From Octopus bimaculoides (lineage: Eukaryota), in NCBI RefSeq assembly GCF_001194135.2, contig NC_069003.1, positions 12,471,524-12,535,523 on the forward strand: DNA of 64,000 nt, given 5' to 3'. Made by a program: the position numbers and the translations under genes. A model generated the notes under the pieces. The model was not told where the DNA came from. It searched no databases and worked only from the letters and a program-made list of their open reading frames with translations. Positions 37,715 to 49,400 of this stretch are shown here, piece after piece. Positions within the stretch are counted from its first letter, which is position 1. Every line of letters begins with the position of its first letter.

Positions 37715-37973
37715 GAGGCAGAAACCAGAGTACATACAGTTACGTTAAGTGAGTAACATCACCGCATTCGCTAGTCCCATATGAAGAAGCCACAGCTAAC
37801 AAATGTCATCCACACAGAAATAACTGTAAAATAAAAATTTATCATTAAAAATGAGGCTAGAAATAAGAGCTAAACCTTCCTCCAATGAGACTGTAACGTT
37901 ATCTTTTTTGAAAAATGGGGCTAGTAATAACAGCCAAATCCTTTTGTTTTTATTTCTTTTCAAATTACCATCA

Positions 37974-38370
37974 AGGCGCAGGAGTGGCTGTGTGGTAAGT
38001 AGCTTGCTTATCAACCACATGGTTCCGGGTTCAGTCCCACTGAGTGGCACCTTCTACTATAGCCTCAGGCCGACCAAAGCCTTGTGAGTGGATTTGGTAG
38101 ATGGAAACTGAAAGAAGCCCGTTGTATATATGTATATGTATGTGTGTGTGTGTATATGTTTGTGTGTCTGTGTTTGTCCCCCCAACATCGCTTGACAACC
38201 GATGCTGGTGTGTTTACATCCCCGTAACTAAGCGGTTCGGCAAAAGAGCCCGATAGAATAAGTACCAGGCTTACAAAGAATAAGTCCTGGGGTCAATTTG
38301 CTCGACTAAAGGCAGTGCTCCAGCATGGCCACAGTCAAATGACTGAAACAAGTAAAAGAGTAAAAGAGTA
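37974..38370 (+). mobile_element. Near full-length, young-looking tRNA-derived SINE
   Basis: A-box tggctgtgtggt, B-box ggttcagtcc at 38028-38037, internal (TA/TG)n and tail gactgaaacaag(taaaagag)n; a 13-bp core deletion relative to the 39329 copy. Confidence 0.9.
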
Positions 38371-38419
38371 TCGGTCGAGCCAGTATGCACTGTGCATTTG
38401 CTGTTGAAATGTTTGTCAA

Positions 38420-38660
38420 GAATGGTGCAGGTGTAGCTGCGTGGTAAGAAACTTGCTTCCTAACCACATGGTTCCAAGTTCAGTCCCATTGTGTTTGTGT
38501 CCCCATAATCTAGCAGTTTGGCAAAAGTGACTGATAGAATAAGTACTAGGCTTTAAAAAAAAGTCCTGGGACCGATTTGTTTGATGAAAACCTTTCAAGC
38601 TGGTGCTCCAGCATGGCTGCAGTCAAATGGCTGAAACAAGTAAAAGAATAAAAAGAAAAT
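38420..38660 (+). mobile_element. tRNA-derived SINE, internally deleted
   Basis: Head and tail of the same family joined without the central part. Confidence 0.75.
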
Positions 38661-38685
38661 AGAATGGTGAATCTAGGTTTGTTTT

Positions 38686-38739
38686 CTACTACTACTACTA
38701 CTGCTTCATCTACTACTACTACTACTACTACTGCTTCAT

Positions 38740-38783
<44 letters not shown>

Positions 38784-38802
38784 GCTACTGCTTCTTCTTC
38801 TT
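38686..38802. repeat. (CTA)n microsatellite with a duplicated ctgcttcatct interruption
   Basis: Direct reading; it is the source of the poly-Val ORF. Confidence 0.9.
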
Positions 38803-38884
38803 CTACAGTATGTTTATCATCTCTATAGATGTAGAACTTGTCAGACAAAATATAACCTCATTGGGGTCAAAAAGGTTGATATTT

Positions 38885-39300
38885 GACTGGCACCCTGTCA
38901 ATTATGAAGGAAAAGGTTCCAGTTGATCCAATCAACAGAACAAATAACCTGCTTGTAAAATTAGCATGTAAGTGGCTTGAGTACTCCACAGACATGCATA
39001 AAAGAAAGGTTTCTTTTTCATGTCATGACTCATAAGGCCCAGTTTCCTGGTTTCATGGTGTAAATTTCCCCACTTGGATGGGATACTGGTCCGTTGCCGG
39101 ATTATTCATTTTCGCCAGCTGAGTGGACTGGAGCAACATGAAATGAAGTGTTTTGCTCAAAAACACAACACATTGCCCGGTCCAGGAATTGAAACCATAA
39201 TCCTACAATCATGAGTCTAATACCCTAACCACTAAGCCACACATACATAGCCTTAACATAGTTCCCAGGGAGATTCAGCATGACACAGAACGTGACAAAA
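38885..39300 (-). mobile_element. Two nested Meta-like SINEs
   Basis: gccagctgagtggactggagcaacatgaaatgaagtgttttgctcaa core; the inner copy at about 39000-39244 is flanked by acatgcata / acatacata. Confidence 0.6.
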
Positions 39301-39328
39301 CACACACACACACACACACATATATATA

Positions 39329-39711
39329 TGTGGTAAGTAGCTTGCTTACCAACCACATGGTTCCGGGTTCAGTCCCACTGCGTGGCACCTTGGGCAAGTG
39401 TCTTCTACTATAGCCTCGGGCCGACCAAAGCCTTGTGAGTGGATTTGGTAGACGGAAACTGAAAGAAGCCCGTCGTATATATGTATATATATATATATAT
39501 GTATGTGTGTTTGTTCCCCCACCATCGCTTGACAACCGATGCTGGTGTGTTTACGTTCCCCGTAACTTAGCGGTTCGGCAAAAAGAGACCGACAGAATAA
39601 GTACTAAGCTTACAAAGAATAAGCCCTGGAGTTGATTTGCTCGACTAAAGGCGGTACTCCAGCATGGCCGCAGCCAAATGACTGAAACAAATAAAAGAAT
39701 AAAAGAAAGAA
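39329..39711 (+). mobile_element. Young-looking tRNA-derived SINE, slightly 5' truncated
   Basis: Highly similar to the 37974 copy, with an intact cttgggcaagtgtcttctactatagcc core. Confidence 0.9.
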
Positions 39712-40204
39712 CATACATACAATCATACATACATACATATATATATATACCACATTCTCTCTCACTTCTGTCATTCCCATTCTCCGTCACATCTTTGCCA
39801 GTCTCTCCACAAACGCAATCACATCTCTCTCCCTCTCTCTCTTTCTCGTTCTCTCTCTTCCTCTCCCTGTTGATGTTACCTGACCAGTAACATCAGCAAC
39901 AATATTACTGCCTTAAATAATAGCAACAAGAATATAAAAAAATATGTCACATTTACATTACGTAGTCAGGTTTAAATTACTGCGCTCACGAAAGTAAAAT
40001 AAATAGGTAGATGAATAAATAAATAAATAAATAAATAAAGCTGTGCTCGTCAAGGCCGAAATAGCTTAAAATCATAAAACCTCTGCCCGAGAGATATGCT
40101 CGGTCAGGGCCTGACTCAGGGTTAAACAATAACAATATGTGTGTGCGTATATATATATATATATACCAGCTCCATCAGGGCTGACTTGAGACCTAAACAA
40201 TACC

Positions 40205-40263
40205 GACAACCTCCACCCCTACCACCACCACCACCACCACCACCACCACCACCACCACCACCA
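40205..40263. repeat. (CCA)n microsatellite
   Basis: Direct reading; it is the source of the poly-Pro and poly-Gly ORFs. Confidence 0.9.
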
Positions 40264-40804
40264 ATAAGTAGTAGCACGATCACCGGCATCAGCATCACCA
40301 TCGCCATCACTTCCATCGCTATGACTCATCTCTTATTATGCTGAGGTGAGGTGAGTCAGTGTGATAATGACTGATATCGATCTGCTCAAGCGGCAAATCC
40401 GATTGGCTGAAAGGGCAGGCTCTTTGTCGACGTCATCAACCTCCCCCTCCCGCATATTCAATAGCAGCAGCAGCCGACTTACATTACCTCCGTTATCTTT
40501 GACACCGTATATATATATATATATATATATAAATATATATATAAAACGACTGTTATTAGTGTAACTCACTCTCCCTTTACTGTTAAATATCAAGCAACAG
40601 GCGTCCCTGGATTTTTCTCTTACATTCTCCCCCGCCATTATTACAGGCATCCTTAACACAATTACTCCCCCACTCTATTTATATTAGTCGCGTCAATTAT
40701 ATCCTGTTTGGTATCCTTTTCTATCTGCTTCCTTTCGTATCCTGTCTGTTCTCGCCCTTTTCACACTATCGTCCTGCTTACAGCGTTCATCTGTGATATA
40801 TATA

Positions 40805-40968
40805 TTAGGTGTGGTTGTGTGGTTAGAAGTTTGCTTCCCAACTACATGGTTCTGGGTTCAGTCTCACTGTCTGGCACTTTGGGCAAATGTCTTCTGCTAG
40901 AGCTACGGGTCGACCAAAGCCTTGCGAGTTGATTTGTTAGACGGAAATTGAAAGAAGCATGTCGGGTG

Positions 40969-41001
<33 letters not shown>

Positions 41002-41060
41002 TTATGTTTGACCCCCACCACACCGCTTGATAAACGGTGTTGGTGTGTTTACTTCCCCGT
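40805..41060 (+). mobile_element. tRNA-derived SINE, 3' truncated
   Basis: Head, core and microsatellite of the same family. Confidence 0.75.
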
Positions 41061-41307
41061 TGTTACATGAAGGTCAAGTGACTACATAAAAGCTCCCGCA
41101 CTGGTTCATGAGATCCCTATTTTTCAATGCGGTCCCTCAGCATGGATGTAGTATTTTATATATACATAGTCACAATGAAGATATTTAGACCTCTTATAGG
41201 GGTATTTTTATCCGAGATACACTGGTTTAATATACTGTATTTTGAAGAGATATTTCTTCAATGAATATATTATTTATATAAAATGTCATAAAATATCAAA
41301 TATTATT

Positions 41308-41496
41308 ATTAAGCTTGAAAACAGAGAGATCTAATGGATATAAATTAACTTATTAATTACTTAAGATATTCACCTACAATTGTTTCATCTCACAAACAAA
41401 ATTAATGTTTGTGAGATGAAACAATTGTAGGTGAATATGTTAAATAATTAATAAATTAATTTGTATCCATTAGATTTCTCTGTTTTCAAACTTAAT
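41308..41496. repeat. Long palindrome: 91-bp arms and a 7-nt loop
   Basis: Arms 41308-41398 and 41406-41496; six mismatches counted by eye; the inner 33 bp are perfect. Confidence 0.92.
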
Positions 41497-41852
41497 TACA
41501 CACATGTATATATGCATGCACATACATATGCAGACACACGTACATACATGCACACAAATATTTATGTGGATGTAAATGTGTTTGTGTGTATATATACATA
41601 CAATAGAGTCGCATAGTTTAAAGCAAGCAATATAGGGATATATAATGATGATAAATTTTTTCTCCGTTAGGTGGCCAATGGAATAAAATATATTGATGAT
41701 TAAATTTTATTTCTGTTCATTTGATCATATCTCACTCAAACTGTACATGAATACAAATAATAATAATAATAAATCCATTCTTTTAAATAATGTGGGTTTA
41801 AACACGTAAACTTCTGTTAACACAATCACCAGACAATAATATAATGTAGAAA

Positions 41853-42065
41853 AGGCGGTGAGCTGGCAGAAACGTTAGCACGCCGGGCGAAATGCTTAGC
41901 AGTATTTCGCCCGTCGCTACGCTCTGAGTTCAAATTCCGCCGAGGTTGACTTTGCCTTTCATTCTTTTGAGGTCGATAAATTAAGTATCATTTGCGTACT
42001 GGGGTCGATCTATTCGACTGGCCCCCTCCCCCAAAATTTCGGGCCTTGTGCCTAGAGTATAAAAG
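41853..42065 (+). mobile_element. Full-length Deu/Nin-like tRNA-SINE with 14-bp TSD
   Basis: aggcggtgagctggcagaaacgttagc..gagttcaaattcc..gttgactttgcctttcat..gtcgataaattaagta; aataatataatgta at 41835-41848 and 42066-42079. Confidence 0.88.
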
Positions 42066-43153
42066 AATAATATAATGTAAACAAAAAGAGGTCAGTTAAT
42101 TTAAGAAGTATAAAAAAAGAGAGATAGAATTTTAATCTTAATATTTAAAACTATTATCTAATAAGACTAGCTATTGATAAGTATTCGATAATATATCAGC
42201 TTAAAATCTAAAGTGATTAATCAATGAAAAAGTCAATCGTCTAAATATATGAGCTGAAATAGACTGTTCAATTCCTAGCTACTGAGATTGGAATATCATA
42301 GTTACACATTGTGGACATTTTTCAATGAAACTGCTGGCTTATTTTGACCATTTTCGATCAAAGCAACTGCGAAAAACTATTGAGTGTATGATCCGAAACA
42401 TTCATCATTTATCGATAAAAAGAAAATGGCTACCGCCGACATTTTGAATGAACTTCGACAGAAATATCATATGTAGATTGGTGTGTAGGTCAACAATGCC
42501 TTTCATAATCGATAATATTGACATAATCGATAATATTGACTAATACCCTCTGTCCTTAAGATTGCTGGGTTTGTGCCTAAATCAGAAACGAATACAATCA
42601 AACATTTACGAAAAGGGTACTGGCGTGTGAGACATATGTGTTAACCCGTTTGCCTGTCCTGTGTATCACATTTGATACAATGGAAATATGTCCTTGCATC
42701 ATATATAATGCACATTCCCAGCTGTTTTTATATTCCTAATGCGGGCATATCGGTTTTTTAGAGAAACGTATGTTTTGTTTAATCCCTATGTCTATCCAAA
42801 GCATTTTCATAAGTTTGGCCTACACATCCATACTTGCTTTTAGACTTTTAGTAAACCCTTGTCTCATACGCTCTGAGTAATATAAAACTTTCCTTTCATA
42901 AGTCCCAAGTTACTCTGATGTATTATCGCCCCTGTACATGCAGGTATATGTACCTTGTATACATACATATATTCACACACACACGTACATACATACGCGC
43001 ATACACACACACACATATACATATACACGCACATATGCATGGATGCACACGCACATGAATATAATTAGATGGTTGTGAAATTCGAGTATGAGTATGAGTG
43101 AGGGGTTAGATAGGGATTAGAAGTTAAAATATTGATTTATAAGGTCATAGGGA

Positions 43154-43460
43154 TTACCTAAGGGGTATTGTGGAAATGTACTGCATGGTCATTTTGGCAT
43201 TTGTGTGAAAGAAGCGGTGATTACATGTGTTTAGTGCCTCATTATGTTTATTTAGCAGAGCTGGAGAGTGATGCTTTAATATGTGAAGTGCCTCCTTCAA
43301 GCAAGGTTTGCAGGTTGAGCGTTGACCTCGGTAGGGAGACCCTGGGTCCAGTATTGACCATGATAGAGTATAGGATATATATTTATTTTTGAGATGATCT
43401 ATGTGGTTGGCGAGTGTTGTAGATTTACTATGTTTATCGTATCTAAAAGGGTGATGCACA
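43154..43460 (-). mobile_element. Penelope-like element, GIY-YIG endonuclease C-terminal fragment
   Basis: FRYDKHSKSTTLANHI..LK..Y.LSWSIL..CKPCLKEALHI..LLNKHNE..CNH matches the PLE CxLCLxE..LNK..E..CxH motif. Confidence 0.8.
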
Positions 43461-44294
43461 TACAATAGCAAACGCACGCACACACACGTACACAGCAACG
43501 CACATATACACAACATACACATACACACAAGCACACACGCACGCACAAAAACATACACATACACACACGCGCACATACAAAATACACATACACACGTACA
43601 CGTACCCAACACCTACAACCCCACACAAACACACACACATACTCAAAAACCGCCTGCTGACCTTCCACTTAACATTGTCCATAAGCACCCACTAACTATT
43701 CCTGCTACTAATTCCTTCCACTACGTCACACACACACACACAAACACACATACACACTAACAGATAAACCACCANNNNNNNNNNNNNNNNNNNNNNNNNN
43801 NNNNNNNNNNNNNNNNNNNNNNNNNNNNNNNNNNNNNNNNNNNNNNNNNNNNNNNNNNNNNNNNNNNNNNNNNNNNNNNNNNNNNNNNNNNNNNNNNNNN
43901 NNNNNNNNNNNNNNNNNNNNNNNNNNNNNNNNNNNNNNNNNNNNNNNNNNNNNNNNNNNNNNNNNNNNNNNNNNNNNNNNNNNNNNNNNNNNNNNNNNNN
44001 NNNNNNNNNNNNNNNNNNNNNNNNNNNNNNNNNNNNNNNNNNNNNNNNNNNNNNNNNNNNNNNNNNNNNNNNNNNNNNNNNNNNNNNNNNNNNNNNNNNN
44101 NNNNNNNNNNNNNNNNNNNNNNNNNNNNNNNNNNNNNNNNNNNNNNNNNNNNNNNNNNNNNNNNNNNNNNNNNNNNNNNNNNNNNNNNNNNNNNNNNNNN
44201 NNNNNNNNNNNNNNNNNNNNNNNNNNNNNNNNNNNNNNNNNNNNNNNNNNNNNNNNNNNNNNNNNNNNNNNNNNNNNNNNNNNNNNNNNNNNNN

Positions 44295-44560
44295 AAAGCA
44301 TATTACTCTACCGCCGGTATTCGAGTACTATTTTTCCCCACCTTGTTTCACATTTATGTGTTTACTCCGGTACATATATATATATATATATATATATATT
44401 CTCCTTGTCTCCGTATTCTTTCTGTTGAAGAGCGTAGCTCGAAACGTTAAAGACTTTCCGTATTCCCGAGCGTCATACTAATACATCCTTTTGTTGTTTA
44501 CACCACCTGTCCTCGTCTGTTGTTGTTTTTTCGTACATTCTCCCATATATATATATATAT
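44295..44560 (+). mobile_element. Penelope-like terminal repeat fragment carrying a degenerate hammerhead motif (44417-44453)
   Basis: TCTTT-CTGTTGA-A-GAGC(GTA)GCTC-GAAA-CGT-T-AAAGA. Confidence 0.55.
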
Positions 44561-44696
44561 ATATATATTATGTATACAGTCATATATAAAAACATATATA
44601 TGCACGTGTATAAGTATGTATATGTATACGTACATATACAAATATACAGAGAGAGGAAGAGACAGATACCCAGTTAGGTAGATATGGATAGATGAG

Positions 44697-44742
<46 letters not shown>

Positions 44743-45284
44743 TGTGTATGTGTGTGTGTATGTGTGTGCGTGCGTGTGTGTGAGAGAGAGACAGAGAGAG
44801 GGGAAGATAAGGAGAGAGAGAGGGGGAGAGACGGGGAAGGGCAAAGGAAGACACACTCATACACAACGCACAAAACACACAAGAGGGGGGCGGCAGTCCT
44901 TGAGCGAGAATTGACATAATAAGTCTCGCGTATCATTTAACCCCCCACCACCTCCACCTCCACCTCCATCGCCACCGCCACTGCCACTCATGGGTAATGT
45001 TTACACACTTTCGCTAAGTGACACTTGAAGTCTCCTCAAGACTAAAATACATAAAACTACACCGAAACAAGTATAATCACAAAAGGAAGTGGTAGGTTTA
45101 ATAGACGTTGAGTTTGGGGTATTAAAATCTTAGCCGTTGCTAGCTATGGCCTCGAAGCATATGTTTTTATAGTTCGTCTCTCCTTTTAAAAGGGGGGAGA
45201 TGAGAAAATAAACGAAGTTTGTTAACCAAATGCTTCTGTCTTATTTTACAAACCACCTGAAAATCTAGACTTTCCTTTTATTTC

Positions 45285-45635
45285 TTATCCTTTACTTGTA
45301 TCAGTCATTAGACTGCGGCCATGCTGGGGCGCAACTTGAAGAATTTTTAATCGATTGAATCGATCCCGGTACTTAATTTCTTAAAGCCTGGTACTTATTC
45401 TATCAGTCTCTTTTGCTGTGTCGCTAGGTTACGAGAACGTATACACACCAACCCCGGTTCTCAAGCGGTGGTGAGGGACAAACACGCATGCGACGGGCTT
45501 CTTTCAGTTTTCGTCTACCAAATACATTAGCTAGGCTTTGATTGGCCCAAAATACCACGCAGTGGGTGTGAACCTAGGACCCATGTGATTAGGAAGCAAA
45601 CTTTTTACCACACAGCCACACCTGTGCCTGTATCG
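45285..45635 (-). mobile_element. tRNA-derived SINE
   Basis: Reverse-complement tail, core and head of the same family. Confidence 0.8.
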
Positions 45636-45999
45636 GTCTATGTTTTAAAAAAATTCATTTCAGAATACAAACATACATTACCATTCATACATTTGTAGGA
45701 TCTTGCAGGCATGAAGTGGATTCGATCCACCATAGCCAAATTTAAATTAACACTGCAACAGAACTTTTCCCACGGTGGAACAATGGTTTTTCTCTGACAG
45801 CAGTTTTACATATGCCAGATGCCTTTAGCTAGGCTGAAATAATGTCTTCACCACTTGACCCTTTCTAACCTCTTCTACTCCACCAAAAGCTAGAATAGAG
45901 ATAACAAGACCACCAACTAAATCTATTGTTCTCAATGATACGTCTATCCTTCTGGATTGTTATAAAAGCATAAACCTCAAGCAAAAGTGAGTTCAGTCA

Positions 46000-46480
46000 T
46001 TTTGGGGACGACTCAACCAGTTAGTCACTTCGGTGACAACTCGGTGAGAACGAAGTCTGGCTCATCAGTTAGAACCTTGGTCAGAGGGAGAAATGAAGTT
46101 TACTGTCGGCAACTGTGAGACAACGTCCTACAACCCTACAACTCTCACTAGCTCTAATTCTGTTCTCTTACAACATTCTATCTCTCTCTGTAATTACTAC
46201 TAAACAATGAAGAGAACACAAACACAAACTTTACTTCGCATGCTTTTGGACCTGCCCGTCGAGGTAAGGTATTGTATCGTAACGGTAAATAAATATTTCC
46301 TTAAAACTTCATGCATTGTTCATATTTCACATCCTACAACATGCCGTTATAACAACACATTTTTATCCTTACAACTGTTGACTCCGACATTTCATATTAT
46401 TGTGTACCTAATCAACCTTACCCGTTACAATTATTAACTACACTAACTAAAAACTTTATCGTTACAAGTGGTGAACCCGA
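46000..46480 (+). mobile_element. Probable LTR plus primer-binding site of a Gypsy-like element
   Basis: Ends ..tcgttACA at 46466, immediately followed by agTGGtgaacccga (TGGTGACCCCG-like PBS); AATAAA inside; the 5' TG end is degenerate. Confidence 0.4.
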
Positions 46481-46932
46481 ACAAGAGAATTGCAGCTTTT
46501 CCAAGAACCAACCGTTACACATCTGACCGAATAGATCACTTTCTAAACTCGATAAGTCTATGCAAACGTTCCAAGAGTTCAAGAGGTTTCTGTGCGTGAA
46601 TTTGTTTTGAGTGGATAAAATGTTGCACGACCTTGAACCACGTTTCAGCGCAATCAGTCATAAAACCAGTGGCACAACAGAAGCTGAGACGACAAAAAAA
46701 TCAACAACTGCAGTTAAGGCTTTTGTTGTACGAGTTTGCCTTCTCTTCGCCTAGAAGGAAGCTCTAACGAAAACCAAGGGTATCACCCGGAGTGGTAGCA
46801 CATGTCAGTATCCCAGCTATAATGTGTGTGTGTGTCTTCTGTTTTTGATCATTTAAATTCTTCCTTTGAAGGAATTGGTTTCTAACAAAGATGCAAAGCT
46901 CCATCTTTGGAATGAAGATAATGAAAACAATG

Positions 46933-47068
46933 TCACGTTTTAAACCTGACAGAAGTCTTGCATGGTTTCACTGTTCCACTTACAGATTGTATTTGTAATG
47001 TGCGAATTAGCTGGTTGATTTCTTTTTCTGAAAATCCAAGCTTATCCAGCCTGACAGTTAGGCAGTTA
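46933..47068 (-). mobile_element. R4/Dong-type non-LTR element 3' end (second copy, different subfamily)
   Basis: Translates LDKLGFSEKEINQLIRTLQIQSVSGTVKPCKTSVRFKT*, homologous to the end of the adjacent element. Confidence 0.7.
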
Positions 47069-47069
47069 A

Positions 47070-48085
47070 TGTATGTATGTATGTATGTATGTATGTATGT
47101 ATGTATGTTTTCTCATATGTATTCTTTTATGTATGTTTTATGTATTCTTATGCATATAGATGTATTTGTAAACATGCTCATATATTTAAATCATAAATAT
47201 ATCATATTTAAATGATGAACTTCTGGAAAGTTTTACAGATTTTTACAGTTCCAGTGATGGATTGGATCTATAGTCTTCGAATTAGCTTTCTCCTTTCTGG
47301 TTTTGAGAAGCCTAATTTCTCAAGATTGGTATTTAGACAGTGTGTTACATATCCCAAGGCCCCAATAATTACAGGTATAAACCTGAACTTGTAATCTGGA
47401 TAGAGTAACTGCAGATTTCTCAATAATTCAGTATAAGTGTTCTCTTTTTCACTGATCTTCAGCTTTATGTTAAATTCCGCTGGGCCGCTAATATCCACAT
47501 CTGTGCACAGTTTCTCTTCTCTATCCCAAATCATTATATCAGGTCTGTTGTGCTTACATTTTATTGAGGTCTTCACTGGGACATTCCACCAGTATTCCTT
47601 TTCATTATGAGTGGCTATGGCTTCTACCATATTGTAGGTTCTTATTTCTTTGTCCTTGGAATTATCCTTCCGACGGATTTCATTATAGTGTCCTAGCTAC
47701 AACATCATGTCTCATCGATAGATAATACCGTGATGACATTTTCAGACAACTGCTTATGATGTGGGTGATACCTTCAGTGTGAACGCCACAAAGTCTGCAT
47801 CGGTTGTCACATTTTACTGCTTTTCATGCATCAGGTACTTGGTTGACATTTCCTGTTCCTGGATTGCAAATGCATACCCTTCAAAGTGGGAGGTAGTAAT
47901 CCGGCTATTGGTCCATGATAAACTGCTTTGATGATCCACGTTATTATCATCACGGAGCTTTCTATTAATATATCCATGTATAGTCTTCTGCTCATATAGG
48001 CTCATCCTTTCATCTGATGATACGTTGCAGTAGAGTCGTGCAACTTTGGACATGTATTCTAGGTTATCAGAAAAAGAGTGTTGCT
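47070..48085 (-). mobile_element. R4/Dong-type (RLE) non-LTR retrotransposon 3' fragment, decayed
   Basis: GYAFAIQEQE motif, zinc knuckle CRLC..E..HII..C, RHD motif, HNRPDIMIWD..D restriction-like endonuclease and VIIGALG; 3' UTR ends in (TACA)n; internal stops. Confidence 0.88.
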
Positions 48086-48179
48086 CTGAGAGGAGAATAT
48101 GTTGAATAAAATCATAATTAACAGATCTTCCAGTATTTTCTTTTACCCAAGGCCAGAAACTTTTCAGTACTTCATCGTA
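48086..48179 (-). mobile_element. Half of the mariner MITE also seen at 36580
   Basis: gagaggagaatatgttgaataaaatcataatt..ttttacccaaggccagaaacttttcagtacttcatcgta is the reverse complement of the left end of that MITE. Confidence 0.75.
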
Positions 48180-48509
48180 CATACTAGCGATGTAAAAGTC
48201 CTGCACAGTTAATGAGCTGTAGAGACATAACAGACGGGAAGAGGTGGCGTTGTTCCTGTGGATTCACTAGGACTATATGAGCTTTTTTCTTTTTTGAGAA
48301 GAACCATTTGTCTCTATCCATCATAATTCAAATAACGCACGTGTAAGTAAGAGACTATCAGCAGAACAAAATGACTTTTGAGTGACAAATAAAATGCCGC
48401 AGTTGATTGGTGTAGTTTCCTAAGAGATGTCCGTGAGCAGTACTTGGAAGCACATCAGCAGCAACTCAATGGGTTGGATGATGCGGTATGTCGGATTACT
48501 ATGGAAATA

Positions 48510-49400
48510 CTACGGTTAATCAAACATTTTACGCCTCTTGTTTCCGTAATTTATAAAAACAAAAGCAGAGATTGAACATTTACATCATTTCTCAACATAG
48601 TCTCTTTGCTTTTCAATGCACTTCTTCCAGCAATCCACAAACTTGATTATTACATCGGAAATGAAGGTTTTCGGTTGGTTGCGCAGTCATTTATGCACTG
48701 CTTCCTGCGCCTTTTCATCTGTAGCAAACGACAATCTCGTAAGGACAATTGATCTGTCCAAAGAGGTGACAGTCGGAATGGGCGAGATTTGGACTATATG
48801 CAGGGTGTTCCAGTAACTCAAAACCCAAATTTTTCAATGGTTTCAATGGTGTGGGCGATCGTATGTGGGCATTCCTTGTCATGTAACAATCTCACACATG
48901 CATTACCGAAGCGAAGCTAGTCGTGGAAGATTTCGATGGTGGAACCATGACTAATTTGCAGAGAACGTACCACCCGATCGATGGTCACTTGTCGGTCCAC
49001 CAGAACCATCTCTTGAGCTTTTGAATTGGTGGGTGTCCTGCTCTCTCTTGGTACTTCACGCTTTTCTAACCATTCTTAAACTTCTCGATCCACTCATACA
49101 CACTTCTATGCAGTAGAGCGCTCTTCTTGTATTGTACTGAAAGCCTGAGGTGAATTTCAGTCCCTGACAAACTTTCAGACCAGAGAAATCGGATCACTGA
49201 TCTCTGTTCTTCCAGCAAAGTGGCCATGTTTACTCTTCGTAGATGAATCGAAATATTGGCATCGGAAATAACACTGGGGAAAGTAGAATGAAGGGCACTG
49301 GGTATTGAAGTAGTGGAAACGGGTACAGGAAAATACTGCTTGTTTGAGCGAATCACTTTGACCCATTACAAGACATTGGATATAAGCAGGAACACGTTTG
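48510..49400 (-). pseudogene. Decayed, internally deleted mariner transposase
   Basis: N-terminus EQRSVIRFL..EIH.RL..Y..VYEWIEKFKNG; frameshifted C-terminus ..ATDEKAQEAVHKWLRNQPKTF..KCIEKQRDYVEK*. Confidence 0.85.

Noticed and set aside
37974-38060. tRNA-like sequence with A and B boxes
   Set aside because: It is a SINE head that continues into SINE core and tail and recurs in many diverged copies. It is not a tRNA gene.
40112-40118. AP-1 site TGACTCA
   Set aside because: It lies within a repeat tail (cagggc.tgac..gg.taaacaa) that is also seen at 40170 and 59065.
47814-48206. 130-aa ORF read as a novel protein
   Set aside because: It is a chance in-frame fusion of a mariner MITE end (also at 36580) with an R4/Dong fragment.
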